NCBI GenBank assembly: GCA_963668645.2
Contig: CAXXWC010000003.1
Span: 160,001-224,000, forward strand
DNA from: Desulfobacterales bacterium
GTDB lineage: Bacteria; Desulfobacterota; Desulfobacteria; Desulfobacterales; UBA2174
Reading direction: 5' to 3'
Length of the DNA: 64,000 nucleotides
Part shown: piece by piece, positions 54,449-64,000 of the stretch
How the letters are laid out: every line of letters begins with the position of its first letter
Numbering within the stretch: the stretch's first letter is position 1
Notes under the pieces: model-generated
Seen by the model: the letters and a program-made list of their open reading frames with translations, nothing else
What the model was told of the DNA's origin: nothing
The model's database searches: none
Translations under genes and position numbers: made by a program

Positions 54449-55675
54449 ATGCTCAAGGCTATCGACATCGCTATCAAAAATATCCCTCGCATTGAATCCG
54501 ATAGTTCGGTCGTTGATGCTCTCGAATTGATGCTACAAAGCAATACAACGACATTATTTCTCTACGATGCAAAAACGTTTAAAGGTCCAATTTGCCGTGG
54601 CAATTTATCCGGTTATCCGCTCACCCGCCTTCTGATGGACTGCCCTTGCTCTCCTTTCGTCTCCATTAAAGATAATGAGCCGTTCTCCAAAATAAAAGAT
54701 ATCTTTCATGAAGTTGGGAAAAAGCACATAATTGTTAAGGATGATTCCGAAGAACCATTAGGCCTGGTTGAAACCTCATTTCTGCTTTCGAATCTTTTTA
54801 ATCCAAATAGCGATATCTCTGAAGCTATCCGGTCAGATTTAATAGATACCTTATACAGATCAGCAGAAAATACGCAATCAGTTTCAAATGCTTTAGATCC
54901 ATTTTCCGATAAAATCAACTCACTTGAAAAACTGGCTATTGCAGGACAAATCTCCACAGGTATTGCGCACGATGCAAACAATCTTCTCACCGCAATAATG
55001 GGAAATACTGAACTTGCGCTACTTGAGTTTAATGACAGCTTTTCAAAAAAAGACACCCCCCATTTCAACGAATATTTAGAGACTATATTATCTTCTGTTA
55101 ATCAATGCATAAAACTACTCAGGTCTTTTATTTCCATATCAAAACCATCGAACGTATCCATTCCCGAAGAGATAGTAAACGTAAACGAAATATGCTTAGA
55201 AACAATCAGTCTACTTTGTTCTTCGATAAAATACTCTTCTAATATATCATTTTCACATCGTTTGAATGCATACAGACCCAAAATATCGTGCTCTAAAAGT
55301 CGAGTTCTGAATTCTCTTATAAACTTATGTTTAAATGCACGCGACGCATTGCCAGCAGGAGGAAATATAGAACTGGCCACTTCAAATATAATCCTTAAAG
55401 AGCCATACAATAATGCCTATGGATTTTCCATTACTGAAGGCTCCTACGCCATTATTTCGATTTCAGACAATGGGAAAGGCATTCCGCACGAGTCTTTGGC
55501 ATCGATTTTTGAGCCTTATTTTACAACAAAGCCAACCGGAACAGGGTTGGGGTTGTCAAATATCCGGCAAATCATATCCGAACTAAATGGCCTTATTGAC
55601 GTCGAAAGCACTGAAGGTTCTGGCACCACATTTAAATTATACATCCCTACTGTTTCTGACAGATCTGGTATTTAG
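54449..55675 (+). CDS. Soluble histidine kinase with N-terminal CBS-like pair
   Basis: H-box GIAHDANN, NLCLNARDA, DNGKG, FEPYFTTK, GTGLGL; CBS-like N-terminus (SSVVDALELM, IIVKDD..PLGLV); no TM or receiver domain. Confidence 0.85.
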   Translation: MLKAIDIAIKNIPRIESDSSVVDALELMLQSNTTTLFLYDAKTFKGPICRGNLSGYPLTRLLMDCPCSPFVSIKDNEPFSKIKDIFHEVGKKHIIVKDDSEEPLGLVETSFLLSNLFNPNSDISEAIRSDLIDTLYRSAENTQSVSNALDPFSDKINSLEKLAIAGQISTGIAHDANNLLTAIMGNTELALLEFNDSFSKKDTPHFNEYLETILSSVNQCIKLLRSFISISKPSNVSIPEEIVNVNEICLETISLLCSSIKYSSNISFSHRLNAYRPKISCSKSRVLNSLINLCLNARDALPAGGNIELATSNIILKEPYNNAYGFSITEGSYAIISISDNGKGIPHESLASIFEPYFTTKPTGTGLGLSNIRQIISELNGLIDVESTEGSGTTFKLYIPTVSDRSGI

Positions 55676-55720
55676 AAGAAGAGATTATTTGGCTACCCTA
55701 TCATCTTTGCCGGATTGGCT

Positions 55721-56032
55721 TTAAATTTCTCTGGAAGAAGCCGCACCATGACCATTCACCCTCTCCCTCAGTTTGCGCGAGCACCGGAACACCACCACGC
55801 GACGAGCGCTTAGTGTAATCTGCTCTCCTGTCGCAGGGTTCCGCCCGATCCGGGGCATTTTGCCTTTAACTTCGAACTTGCCGAAACCTGAAACCAGAAG
55901 GTCCTCTCCAGCCATGAGGGTCTCCTTGATGATCTCCAGCAGGGCCTCGATTATCACCGCTGAGCGGCTACTGTCACAACCGAGAGACTGGGCTACGACA
56001 TCGGCAAACTTGGTCTTGGTCAGGGTCCCCAT
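55721..56032 (-). CDS. ihfA: Integration host factor alpha-like subunit
   Basis: TLTK, VSGFGKFEV, RIGRNPATGE, RRVVVFR.S.KL. Confidence 0.85.
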   Translation of the reverse strand: MGTLTKTKFADVVAQSLGCDSSRSAVIIEALLEIIKETLMAGEDLLVSGFGKFEVKGKMPRIGRNPATGEQITLSARRVVVFRCSRKLRERVNGHGAASSREI

Positions 56033-56518
56033 ATTGTTTATCCTCAGGAATTTTATAACAGTAGTTTTTATTTAAATGCCATTACTGCGAATGAATGTCA
56101 AGCAGGTACTTTCCCATTGATTTCAGTGATTTTTTCCTCCATAGCTGTTCACTGACCCATACCGGACAGCACGCCGGAATTGGCCATGATAAAATTTTCG
56201 ACGGCGCCAGGATTCAGCAGGATTTTTTTAGCGAAAAACTCTCTTCGAGTCGGCCATGAACCTGGGACAGGAGATGCTCCAGGCCTTGTTCCTGGCCGGA
56301 TCTTTTTGAAATGATGAAAGATCTGTCATATCTGGAACTGAAAGACGAAGTTCGAATCCTGCTACTCTGCCCCCCTGTGTCAGGATATTTGTCGCATGAA
56401 CTTAGATCATCTATAAAAGGAGCGAAAAAGGTTCCTGCGTGCGATTTCACCAGAACGTAAATGTTGAATTACTGCGTGATCGGTCTTGAGGGGCCGGGTC
56501 GGTTGAGCTTTTCAGACT

Positions 56519-56923
56519 TCATAGCCACAGAACCGAAACGCGCGACTCCACTTGTTTGAATTCACGATCTCCGGTAACGATGGTGGACATGCTCTCCGCG
56601 GCAGCTGCCACCACAAAGGCATCTGCATAAGAAAGCGGATACTGCGCCTTGATATCCGCAGCTGCAAGAACGCGTTCGGTCCCGGCATCCAACAGCTCCA
56701 CCGGAAGCCGCAAAATGTCCTCCACGATGGCCAGGGCGGTTTCTTTGCCCCTTTTGCGAGTCACGATGTAGTAGATCTCCCCCAGGCTGATCACCGAAAG
56801 CAGCACTGAAGCACGGCGGGCCGACGCCTCTTTCAGGATCTGGCGGACCTTGATCCCGCCTGCTTCGGCCTGGAAATAGGCCAGCAGGGCGTAGCTATCG
56901 AGAATGAAGTTTGTTTTCTTCAC
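56519..56923 (-). CDS. vapC: VapC/PIN-domain toxin
   Basis: ILDSYALL, LGEIYY, LSYADAF, IVTGDREF. Confidence 0.9.
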   Translation of the reverse strand: MKKTNFILDSYALLAYFQAEAGGIKVRQILKEASARRASVLLSVISLGEIYYIVTRKRGKETALAIVEDILRLPVELLDAGTERVLAAADIKAQYPLSYADAFVVAAAAESMSTIVTGDREFKQVESRVSVLWL

Positions 56924-57164
56924 AGGTGCGATCTTCTTTTCTGGCCTCCAGAATCGCCGCAGTCAGCGATTCGCCTCCAGCCAGTTTCCCAAAAAAGGCA
57001 TCCACGGGATCGACATCCTGGGGCGTCAGGACGATTTTGCCATCAACTTCGGTGACCACCATCTTCATGCCCGGCTTCAATCCGATTTTTCGTCGCAGCA
57101 AAGAGGGAATGACCACCCAGCCTTTCGAAGAGACCGTCACTGTGGAAGAATAGGCCGTCACCAT
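56895..57164 (-). CDS. AbrB/MazE/SpoVT-family antitoxin
   Basis: VSSKGWVVIPS.LRRKIGLKPG; overlaps the PIN gene. Confidence 0.88.
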   Translation of the reverse strand: MVTAYSSTVTVSSKGWVVIPSLLRRKIGLKPGMKMVVTEVDGKIVLTPQDVDPVDAFFGKLAGGESLTAAILEARKEDRTCEENKLHSR

Positions 57165-57177
57165 GAACCCTCCAACC

Positions 57178-57206
57178 GTTATACGATTTTTGCATAAACG
57201 TATAAC
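57178..57206. promoter_or_regulatory. Probable toxin-antitoxin autoregulatory operator
   Basis: Perfect 8-bp inverted repeat GTTATACG-N13-CGTATAAC just upstream of the antitoxin RBS. Confidence 0.6.
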
Positions 57207-57634
57207 ATCTGCTGAGAGGTGTCAATCCAGCTCTCGCAGCACGGCTATGGGCTCCGCCGGGTGAGCAGGATGACTGCTGGAGAAAGTGTAGACAGCCTGG
57301 AGACGGCCATCGCAAGTAGCCGCCTGTGCGGCCGTTGTTACCCCATATATGCCCAAGGCATGTATACCAGGTCCCACGGTAAAACATACCCAACCTCCGG
57401 TTGAGATTCTTGCCTGATCTGAACCGCTTAGCGACAGCGCCCGGAAGAAAGAGTCGGCTGTTTGCCGGCAACCCCGCCAGCACCCTGGCCGCTACGACGA
57501 TTCATGGCCTGATCGAGACGGCTCAGGGTCAACGGGATCAAGTCGATAAATTACGTTGCCTGACATACAAAAAATATGGCAAAAGCGTTGTTTTCAGACC
57601 TTTTCGCCCAGTATCCTTTTTGGGAGGTTTTGGC

Positions 57635-58069
57635 ATGTTTGATTATCCGGCCTATTTGAAAAAACTCACCTCAGGTGAGCCTGTGGACAACCCTTTTCTT
57701 GATTTTCTGGGGATCACCGTCGAGGAGATCCGCCAAGGTTATGCTCGATTCAGCATGGCCATCCGGCCCGAGTTTCGGCAAGGGGCGGGAATTCTCCAGG
57801 GCGGGCTCTCCATCTCGCTTTCCAGCGAAACAGCCGCTCATGCCGTGATGACCACTCTCGCCCCGGGTGAAAACCTGACCACGATCGAGCTGAAAAACAA
57901 CTTCCTGTCCATGGCCTCCGAGGGACGCTTGATTGCTGAAGCGACTGTGTTCAAACGCGGGCGCATATTAGTTATCGTCGACTGCATCGTCCGCGATGAT
58001 CGGGGCAAGGATATTTCCCGGAGCAGTGCCACCCTGATGGTGATTCGAGAGCAAACCCGTTCGAAGTGA
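57635..58069 (+). CDS. PaaI-family thioesterase
   Basis: GGAGG RBS; NPFLDFLGI, GILQGG, TTIELKNNFL. Confidence 0.88.
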   Translation: MFDYPAYLKKLTSGEPVDNPFLDFLGITVEEIRQGYARFSMAIRPEFRQGAGILQGGLSISLSSETAAHAVMTTLAPGENLTTIELKNNFLSMASEGRLIAEATVFKRGRILVIVDCIVRDDRGKDISRSSATLMVIREQTRSK

Positions 58070-58121
58070 GCGCTGATCACAATCAGCCTGCACAATTTTG
58101 GGCACAGCGGCCCTTCCAAAA

Positions 58122-58162
58122 GAGAAAGGGGTTACCCCAACTAAGAGTAACCCCCTTTTCTC
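58122..58162. terminator. Terminator between the PaaI gene and tRNA-Phe
   Basis: GAGAAAGGGGGTTAC/GTAACCCCCTTTTCTC stem between convergent genes. Confidence 0.7.
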
Positions 58163-58174
58163 ACTTGCTTTGTA

Positions 58175-58250
58175 TGGTGCCGAGGGACGGAATCGAACCG
58201 CCGACACGGGGATTTTCAGTCCCCTGCTCTACCGACTGAGCTACCTCGGC
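58175..58250 (-). tRNA. tRNA-Phe (GAA)
   Basis: GCCGAGGTAGCTCAGTCGGTAGAGCAGGGGACTGAAAATCCCCGTGTCGGCGGTTCGATTCCGTCCCTCGGCACCA. Confidence 0.97.
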
Positions 58251-58393
58251 AAACCAGCATCGGGTGGGTCAAACGAAAGCGCATTCATAGAGAAAGCCGG
58301 CCGCGATGTCAAGCCCAAAATGCAACTGCTGCGGTCCGCAGTACGGCTTGAAGCCCATTTTCAACATTGCCGCCCCAAGCTTCAGCTGCCCTG

Positions 58394-59131
58394 TCAAAGG
58401 TCTCCCAGCCGGTGCTGCACCAGGGCGCAGGCCGCCACGGTGGCGGTTTCGGCCCGCAGGATACGCGGTCCGAGACTGGCGACCTGAAATCCCGCCTCCC
58501 GGGCGGTGGCAATCTCCCCGGCTTCAAAACCGCCTTCCGGGCCCATTAAAATGGCCGCCGATACCACCGGAGGCGCTGCACCGGCCAGAATTTCGCTTAG
58601 ATTCCGGCCGCCTTCTTCCCAGAAAACGATTTTCAGGGCGCATTGCGAGGCCAGCTGAAAGGCCTCTGCCACGGTGCAGGGTCGTTCGATCGAGGGAATG
58701 CGCCCTCGCCGGCACTGCTTGAGCGCTTCAGCCGCGATCTTTTCCCAGCGTTGGATACGGGCATCAATCCGCCGCCCTTCCGGACGCGGCACGCTACGCC
58801 GGGTAAACACCGGCACGAAGCGTATCACGCCCAGTTCGGTGGTCTGCCGTACCAGTTGGTCCATCTTTTTTTCCTTCAAAAATCCCTGCAACAGAATCAA
58901 CGTCAAGGGCGATTCGCTACAGCTCGCTAGCGTAGCCTCGATCAAAACCCTGACCACTCCGCGATCGACGGCGACAACCCGCCCCTCGTATTCCATCCCC
59001 CTGCCGTCATATAAACGCACCGGGGCTCCGACTCCCAACCGCAGCACCTGTACCAGATGCCGGCCGTCCTCAGCCGAAAGAGAAACCGTTCGCTGGCCTC
59101 CAGCCGGCGGATCGATATAGAAACGACGCAT
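58394..59131 (-). CDS. rsmE: 16S rRNA m3U1498 methyltransferase
   Basis: HLVQVLRL, TELGV, EALKQCRR, GPEGGF, LGPRILRAETA. Confidence 0.95.
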   Translation of the reverse strand: MRRFYIDPPAGGQRTVSLSAEDGRHLVQVLRLGVGAPVRLYDGRGMEYEGRVVAVDRGVVRVLIEATLASCSESPLTLILLQGFLKEKKMDQLVRQTTELGVIRFVPVFTRRSVPRPEGRRIDARIQRWEKIAAEALKQCRRGRIPSIERPCTVAEAFQLASQCALKIVFWEEGGRNLSEILAGAAPPVVSAAILMGPEGGFEAGEIATAREAGFQVASLGPRILRAETATVAACALVQHRLGDL

Positions 59132-59369
59132 CCCAAAACCTTGCTAAAGACAAAACAATGAGCCACACCCGCAGTCTCAGGCAAAGGGCCGACCACCGGC
59201 CCACGACTCATCACTATCGCCTGGAAGGCCTTACGACAACTTGTTTTTGGATTTCGAGAATCTTCCAAAGCGCTTGACACAAGGCCATCGCCATGATAAA
59301 TCCTAAAAAATTTAGATGGTTGGATATAAGTCCCGAACATTTGGGACCTAATCAAGGGAGCGCAGGCCA

Positions 59370-59897
59370 ATGACCCAAACTCGCAACCAGATGAATGGCG
59401 CCGAGGATGAATCGTCGGGACCGATCATCGAACTGACCGAACGGATCAAGCCGCAAGACCTGGAACAAGGCCCAATAATTGAATTGACCGCGCCGATCCA
59501 GAGCCAAGCGGAAATTACGCCTCCAGGGATAGAGCCGTACACCGAGGAGCGCCACGACTTTCCGGACACGGCCTTCGTACTGGACGAGGAAATCGGCGAA
59601 GACATCGAAGCCGATTATTTCGTAGACTCTCTGGGCATCGAAATCCCGGCAGTCCAGGAGCCTGAAACCAGGCCCGAAGCCGAAGAAGTGATTACCGAAG
59701 CCGACGCAATCGCTGCGACGGACGCCGCTCCGGTGCTGACTGCCGAGAGGATCGAAGCGACTCTCGAACGGGTAGTGGAAAAAGTATACACTGAAAAGAT
59801 CGAAGGCGTTCTGGTAGAAGTCATCGAACGGGTAGTCGCCCGTGAAATCGAACGCCTGCGATCTTTGCTTAGCGGTGAGAGCGATTCAGACGCGTAA
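59370..59897 (+). CDS. Acidic hypothetical protein upstream of valS
   Basis: RBS; repeated GPIIELT motif; C-terminal helix IERVVAREIERL. Confidence 0.7.
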   Translation: MTQTRNQMNGAEDESSGPIIELTERIKPQDLEQGPIIELTAPIQSQAEITPPGIEPYTEERHDFPDTAFVLDEEIGEDIEADYFVDSLGIEIPAVQEPETRPEAEEVITEADAIAATDAAPVLTAERIEATLERVVEKVYTEKIEGVLVEVIERVVAREIERLRSLLSGESDSDA

Positions 59898-60021
59898 GCG
59901 TTTGCCTTGGCAAACCGACGAGAATCGCTAAAATTATTGCCATAAGACCAGATCGGGGAGGATTGAAGCTTAATCCCCGATCTTCGCTTTTTGCAGGAAC
60001 CCTCCAAGGAGCCCTATTCGC

Positions 60022-62685
60022 ATGAACGACAATGACCAATCTATGCTGGCCAAAGGGTATGAACCAAAAGACGTCGAAGACCGCTGGTACGCATTCTGGG
60101 AGCAGAATCAGGATTTTGCCGCCGAAGATAGCAGCCCGCGGCCGGCCTTCAGTATCGTCATCCCTCCGCCAAACGTCACCGGGGTGTTGCACATGGGCCA
60201 TGCCCTGAACAATACCCTCCAGGATATTCTGTGCCGTTACCGCCGCCTTCAGGGCGACAACGTATTGTGGATGCCCGGTACGGATCATGCCGGTATCGCC
60301 ACCCAGAATGTGGTGGAACGGGACCTGGCCGCCAAGGGGCTCGACCGCCACAGCCTCGGCCGGAAAAAATTTATCGAGGCCGTCTGGCAATGGCGCGAGC
60401 GCTACGGCAGCGCCATTATCAACCAGCTCAAACACCTGGGCGCCTCCTGCGATTGGCAGCGCGAGCGCTTCACCATGGACCAGGGGCTTTCCGAGGCCGT
60501 GCGCCGGGTGTTCGTGGAACTCTATGAGGCCGGACTGATCTACCGGGGCCACTACATCATCAACTGGTGCCCGCGCTGCCATACAGCCCTGGCGGACCTG
60601 GAGGTGGAGCACGAAGAGATCGAAGGCCGGCTCTATCACATCCGCTATCCGTTCCCGGGACGCGAGGATGGAATCGTGGTAGCCACCACCCGGCCCGAAA
60701 CCATGCTCGGAGACACGGCCGTTGCGGTGCATCCGGAAGACGACCGCTTCGCCGATCTGCCCGCCAGTACGGTGATCCTGCCGCTGATGGAGCGCGAGAT
60801 CCCCATCATCCGCGACACCTACGTGGACCGCGGGTTCGGCACCGGCGGACTCAAGGTAACCCCGGCCCACGATCCCAACGACTTCGAGCTGGGCCGCAAG
60901 CACGACCTGCCCGCTATCAAGGTGATCGGCGATGACGGGTGCATGAGCGCCGAAGCCGGCCCGTATGCCGGCCAGGACCGCTTCGCCTGCCGCCGCCAGG
61001 TGCTGGCCGATCTCGAGGCCCGGGGCCTGCTGGTCAAGACCGAAAAACTGCTCCACAGCGTGGGCCACTGCTACCGCTGCAAAACGGCAGTGGAGCCGAA
61101 CCTGTCCCTGCAATGGTTCGTGAGTGCCCGCCCCCTGGCCGAAGCGGCCATTCAGGCCGTGGAAGACGGTCGCACGAAGATCATCCCCGAGGCCTGGTCC
61201 AAGACCTACTTCGAGTGGATGCACAACATCCGCGACTGGTGCATTTCGCGCCAGATCTGGTGGGGGCACCAGATTCCGGCCTGGACCTGCCAGGGCTGCG
61301 GCGAGTTGACCGTGGCCATAGAAACACCGACGACATGCCCCAAATGCGGATCCGGCGACATGGAGCAGGAAACCGACGTGCTCGACACCTGGTTCAGCTC
61401 GGCCCTATGGCCGTTTTCGACAATGGGCTGGCCCCGGCAGACCGATCTGCTCAAGACCTTTTATCCGACAAGCGTGCTGGTCACCGGCTTTGACATCCTC
61501 TTTTTCTGGGTGGCCCGCATGATGATGATGGGCCTCTATTTCATGAAGGACGTGCCCTTTCGCAACGTCTACGTCCATGCCCTGGTGCGCGACGAAGACG
61601 GCAAGAAGATGAGCAAGTCCAAGGGCAACGTCATCGACCCGCTCACGGTGATCGACGAGTACGGCACCGACGCTTTCCGCTTCACCCTGGCCGCCTTCGC
61701 GGCCCAGGGCCGCGACATCAAGATGAGCCTCAAGCGGGTCGAGGGCTACCGCAATTTTATCAACAAACTGTGGAATGCGGCCCGATTTTCCCTGATGCAC
61801 CTCGAACGGCCCTATCAACGGATAACCGGCGTACTGGATCTGCCCGAACGCTGGATCCTGTCACGCCTGGCCTGCACAACCCGCGATGTGACCCTCGCCC
61901 TGGACGAGTACCGCTTCAACGATGCGGCCGGCACGGTGTATAACTTTTTATGGCACGAGTTCTGCGATTGGCATCTTGAGGCGAGCAAGGCCGACCTGTA
62001 CAACGATGCAGACCCCCAGCGCCAGCAAACCGCCCGCCAGGTGCTGTGGCGGGTTGTGCACGACAGCCTGGTGCTGCTCCATCCGTTCATCCCTTTTATA
62101 ACCGAGGAGATCTGGCACAAGCTGCCCGGCACCCAGGGCTCGATCATGCACGCCGCCTGGCCCGGAAAGCAAGAGGACGCCGCCGTGCGTATCGACGCCG
62201 AGGTCGAATCCGCCATGGGCCTGGTGATGGGTGTAATCACCGGAATCCGTAACATCCGCGGCGAAATGAATATTTCTCCGGGCATGGCCCTGGCCGTCCA
62301 GGTTCAGGCCCCTGAAGCCGCCACCCGCAACCTGATCGAGGGCCAACGCAACCTGATCATGCAGCTCTCGCGCCTTTCCGACCTGGCCATCGCCGAAGCG
62401 GGCGCCAAACCACGGGCCGCGGCCACCGCCATCGTGGACGGCGCCGTCGTGTATGTCTCGCTGGCCGGCGTCATCGATTTCAACAAGGAGATCGAAAGGC
62501 TGGAAAAAGAAATGGCCAAGCTGGGCAAGGAACTCAATGCCATGGCCAAGAAGCTCAACAACGACGATTTTCTGGCCAAGGCCCCGGCAGAGGTGGTGGC
62601 CGGCGTGCGCGAAAAGCACGCCGCACTCAGCGACAAACAACACAAAATCGAAACCACCTTGGAACGGATCCGGGAGATGGCATAA
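60022..62685 (+). CDS. valS: Valine--tRNA ligase
   Basis: PPPNVTG.LHMGH, DWCISRQIWWGH, KMSKS, C-terminal coiled coil. Confidence 0.98.
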   Translation: MNDNDQSMLAKGYEPKDVEDRWYAFWEQNQDFAAEDSSPRPAFSIVIPPPNVTGVLHMGHALNNTLQDILCRYRRLQGDNVLWMPGTDHAGIATQNVVERDLAAKGLDRHSLGRKKFIEAVWQWRERYGSAIINQLKHLGASCDWQRERFTMDQGLSEAVRRVFVELYEAGLIYRGHYIINWCPRCHTALADLEVEHEEIEGRLYHIRYPFPGREDGIVVATTRPETMLGDTAVAVHPEDDRFADLPASTVILPLMEREIPIIRDTYVDRGFGTGGLKVTPAHDPNDFELGRKHDLPAIKVIGDDGCMSAEAGPYAGQDRFACRRQVLADLEARGLLVKTEKLLHSVGHCYRCKTAVEPNLSLQWFVSARPLAEAAIQAVEDGRTKIIPEAWSKTYFEWMHNIRDWCISRQIWWGHQIPAWTCQGCGELTVAIETPTTCPKCGSGDMEQETDVLDTWFSSALWPFSTMGWPRQTDLLKTFYPTSVLVTGFDILFFWVARMMMMGLYFMKDVPFRNVYVHALVRDEDGKKMSKSKGNVIDPLTVIDEYGTDAFRFTLAAFAAQGRDIKMSLKRVEGYRNFINKLWNAARFSLMHLERPYQRITGVLDLPERWILSRLACTTRDVTLALDEYRFNDAAGTVYNFLWHEFCDWHLEASKADLYNDADPQRQQTARQVLWRVVHDSLVLLHPFIPFITEEIWHKLPGTQGSIMHAAWPGKQEDAAVRIDAEVESAMGLVMGVITGIRNIRGEMNISPGMALAVQVQAPEAATRNLIEGQRNLIMQLSRLSDLAIAEAGAKPRAAATAIVDGAVVYVSLAGVIDFNKEIERLEKEMAKLGKELNAMAKKLNNDDFLAKAPAEVVAGVREKHAALSDKQHKIETTLERIREMA

Positions 62686-62689
62686 CACC

Positions 62690-63520
<831 letters not shown>

Positions 63521-63551
63521 ACAGCACCACAAGAAAGCATCACCAAGGCCT

Positions 63552-64000
63552 ATGATCCCCATCCGCGACACCCAGCCGGCCGAACACGTGGCGGTGGTCA
63601 ACAGGACCCTGATCGCCATCAACGTGGCCGTGTTCCTGGTCCAGCTGGCCCAGGGCGGAGAGATTGCGCGGTTCAACTATTTCTACGGCCTGGTGCCGGC
63701 GCGCTATACGGTGGACCATATCGGCCACTACTTTTCTCTTGGCCAACAGGCGCTGGCGCTGCTCTCCTTCATGTTCCTGCACGGCGGATTCTGGCACATT
63801 CTGGGCAACATGTGGTCGTTGTACATCTTCGGCGACAACGTCGAAGACCACCTCGGCCCGCTGCGTTATCTGGCCTTTTACCTGGCCTGCGGATTGGTTT
63901 CAGGCATCACCCATGTGATCTTCAATCCCTACTCCAACATCCCCACCGTGGGCGCCAGCGGGGCCATCGCCGGGGTCATGGGGGCTTATTTTCTATTGTA
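63552..64000 (+). CDS. Rhomboid-family intramembrane serine protease (3' end outside window)
   Basis: MIPIRD..., MFLHGGFWHILGNM, FGDNVED, VGASGAIAGVMGAY. Confidence 0.92.
   Translation, partial: MIPIRDTQPAEHVAVVNRTLIAINVAVFLVQLAQGGEIARFNYFYGLVPARYTVDHIGHYFSLGQQALALLSFMFLHGGFWHILGNMWSLYIFGDNVEDHLGPLRYLAFYLACGLVSGITHVIFNPYSNIPTVGASGAIAGVMGAYFLL

Noticed and set aside
56214..56460. Short ORFs between the IHF gene and vapC
   Set aside because: No recognisable motif or clear RBS on either strand; likely debris
57338..57400. Minus-strand peptide VGYVLPWDLVYMPWA resembling the cytochrome b GY.LPWD motif
   Set aside because: Too short, with no flanking TM helices; cannot be told from chance

Overview
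GC-rich bacterial chromosome segment; gene content suggests a Desulfobacterota/deltaproteobacterium (inference). From left to right: an RND efflux operon, a Bcr/CflA MFS transporter, a hybrid sensor kinase and an acyl-CoA ligase (1-13.4 kb). Next is a minus-strand type I-E CRISPR-Cas locus (13.7-34.2 kb) with 137 repeats and 136 spacers. Its gene order is WYL regulator, four-helix-bundle/zinc-ribbon protein, degenerate DEDDh exonuclease, cas3, cse1, cse2, cas7, cas5, cas6e, frameshifted Bro-N, cas1, cas2, and it abuts a decayed toxin-antitoxin relic and tRNA-fMet. Housekeeping genes follow (hldE, thrH, hom, alaC-like, purM, tsaD, nagZ, mltG, kor operon, hemW, selB). A lower-GC islet lies between tRNA-Arg and tRNA-Phe (integrase relic, CBS-histidine kinase, IHF subunit, VapBC), then rsmE, valS, nadC and a partial rhomboid gene. 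Most notable: (i) the trailer end of the I-E array is fused, through a half-I-E/half-I-C hybrid repeat, to a type I-C-like spacer and repeat, suggesting replacement of one CRISPR subtype by another; (ii) all five spacers lacking the PAM-derived base carry a G at the opposite end, the signature of flipped integration, and three of them are among the 11 newest; (iii) the cas operon carries an accessory gene set with a candidate WYL operator. No database searches were run; protein calls rest on recognisable motifs and gene context.
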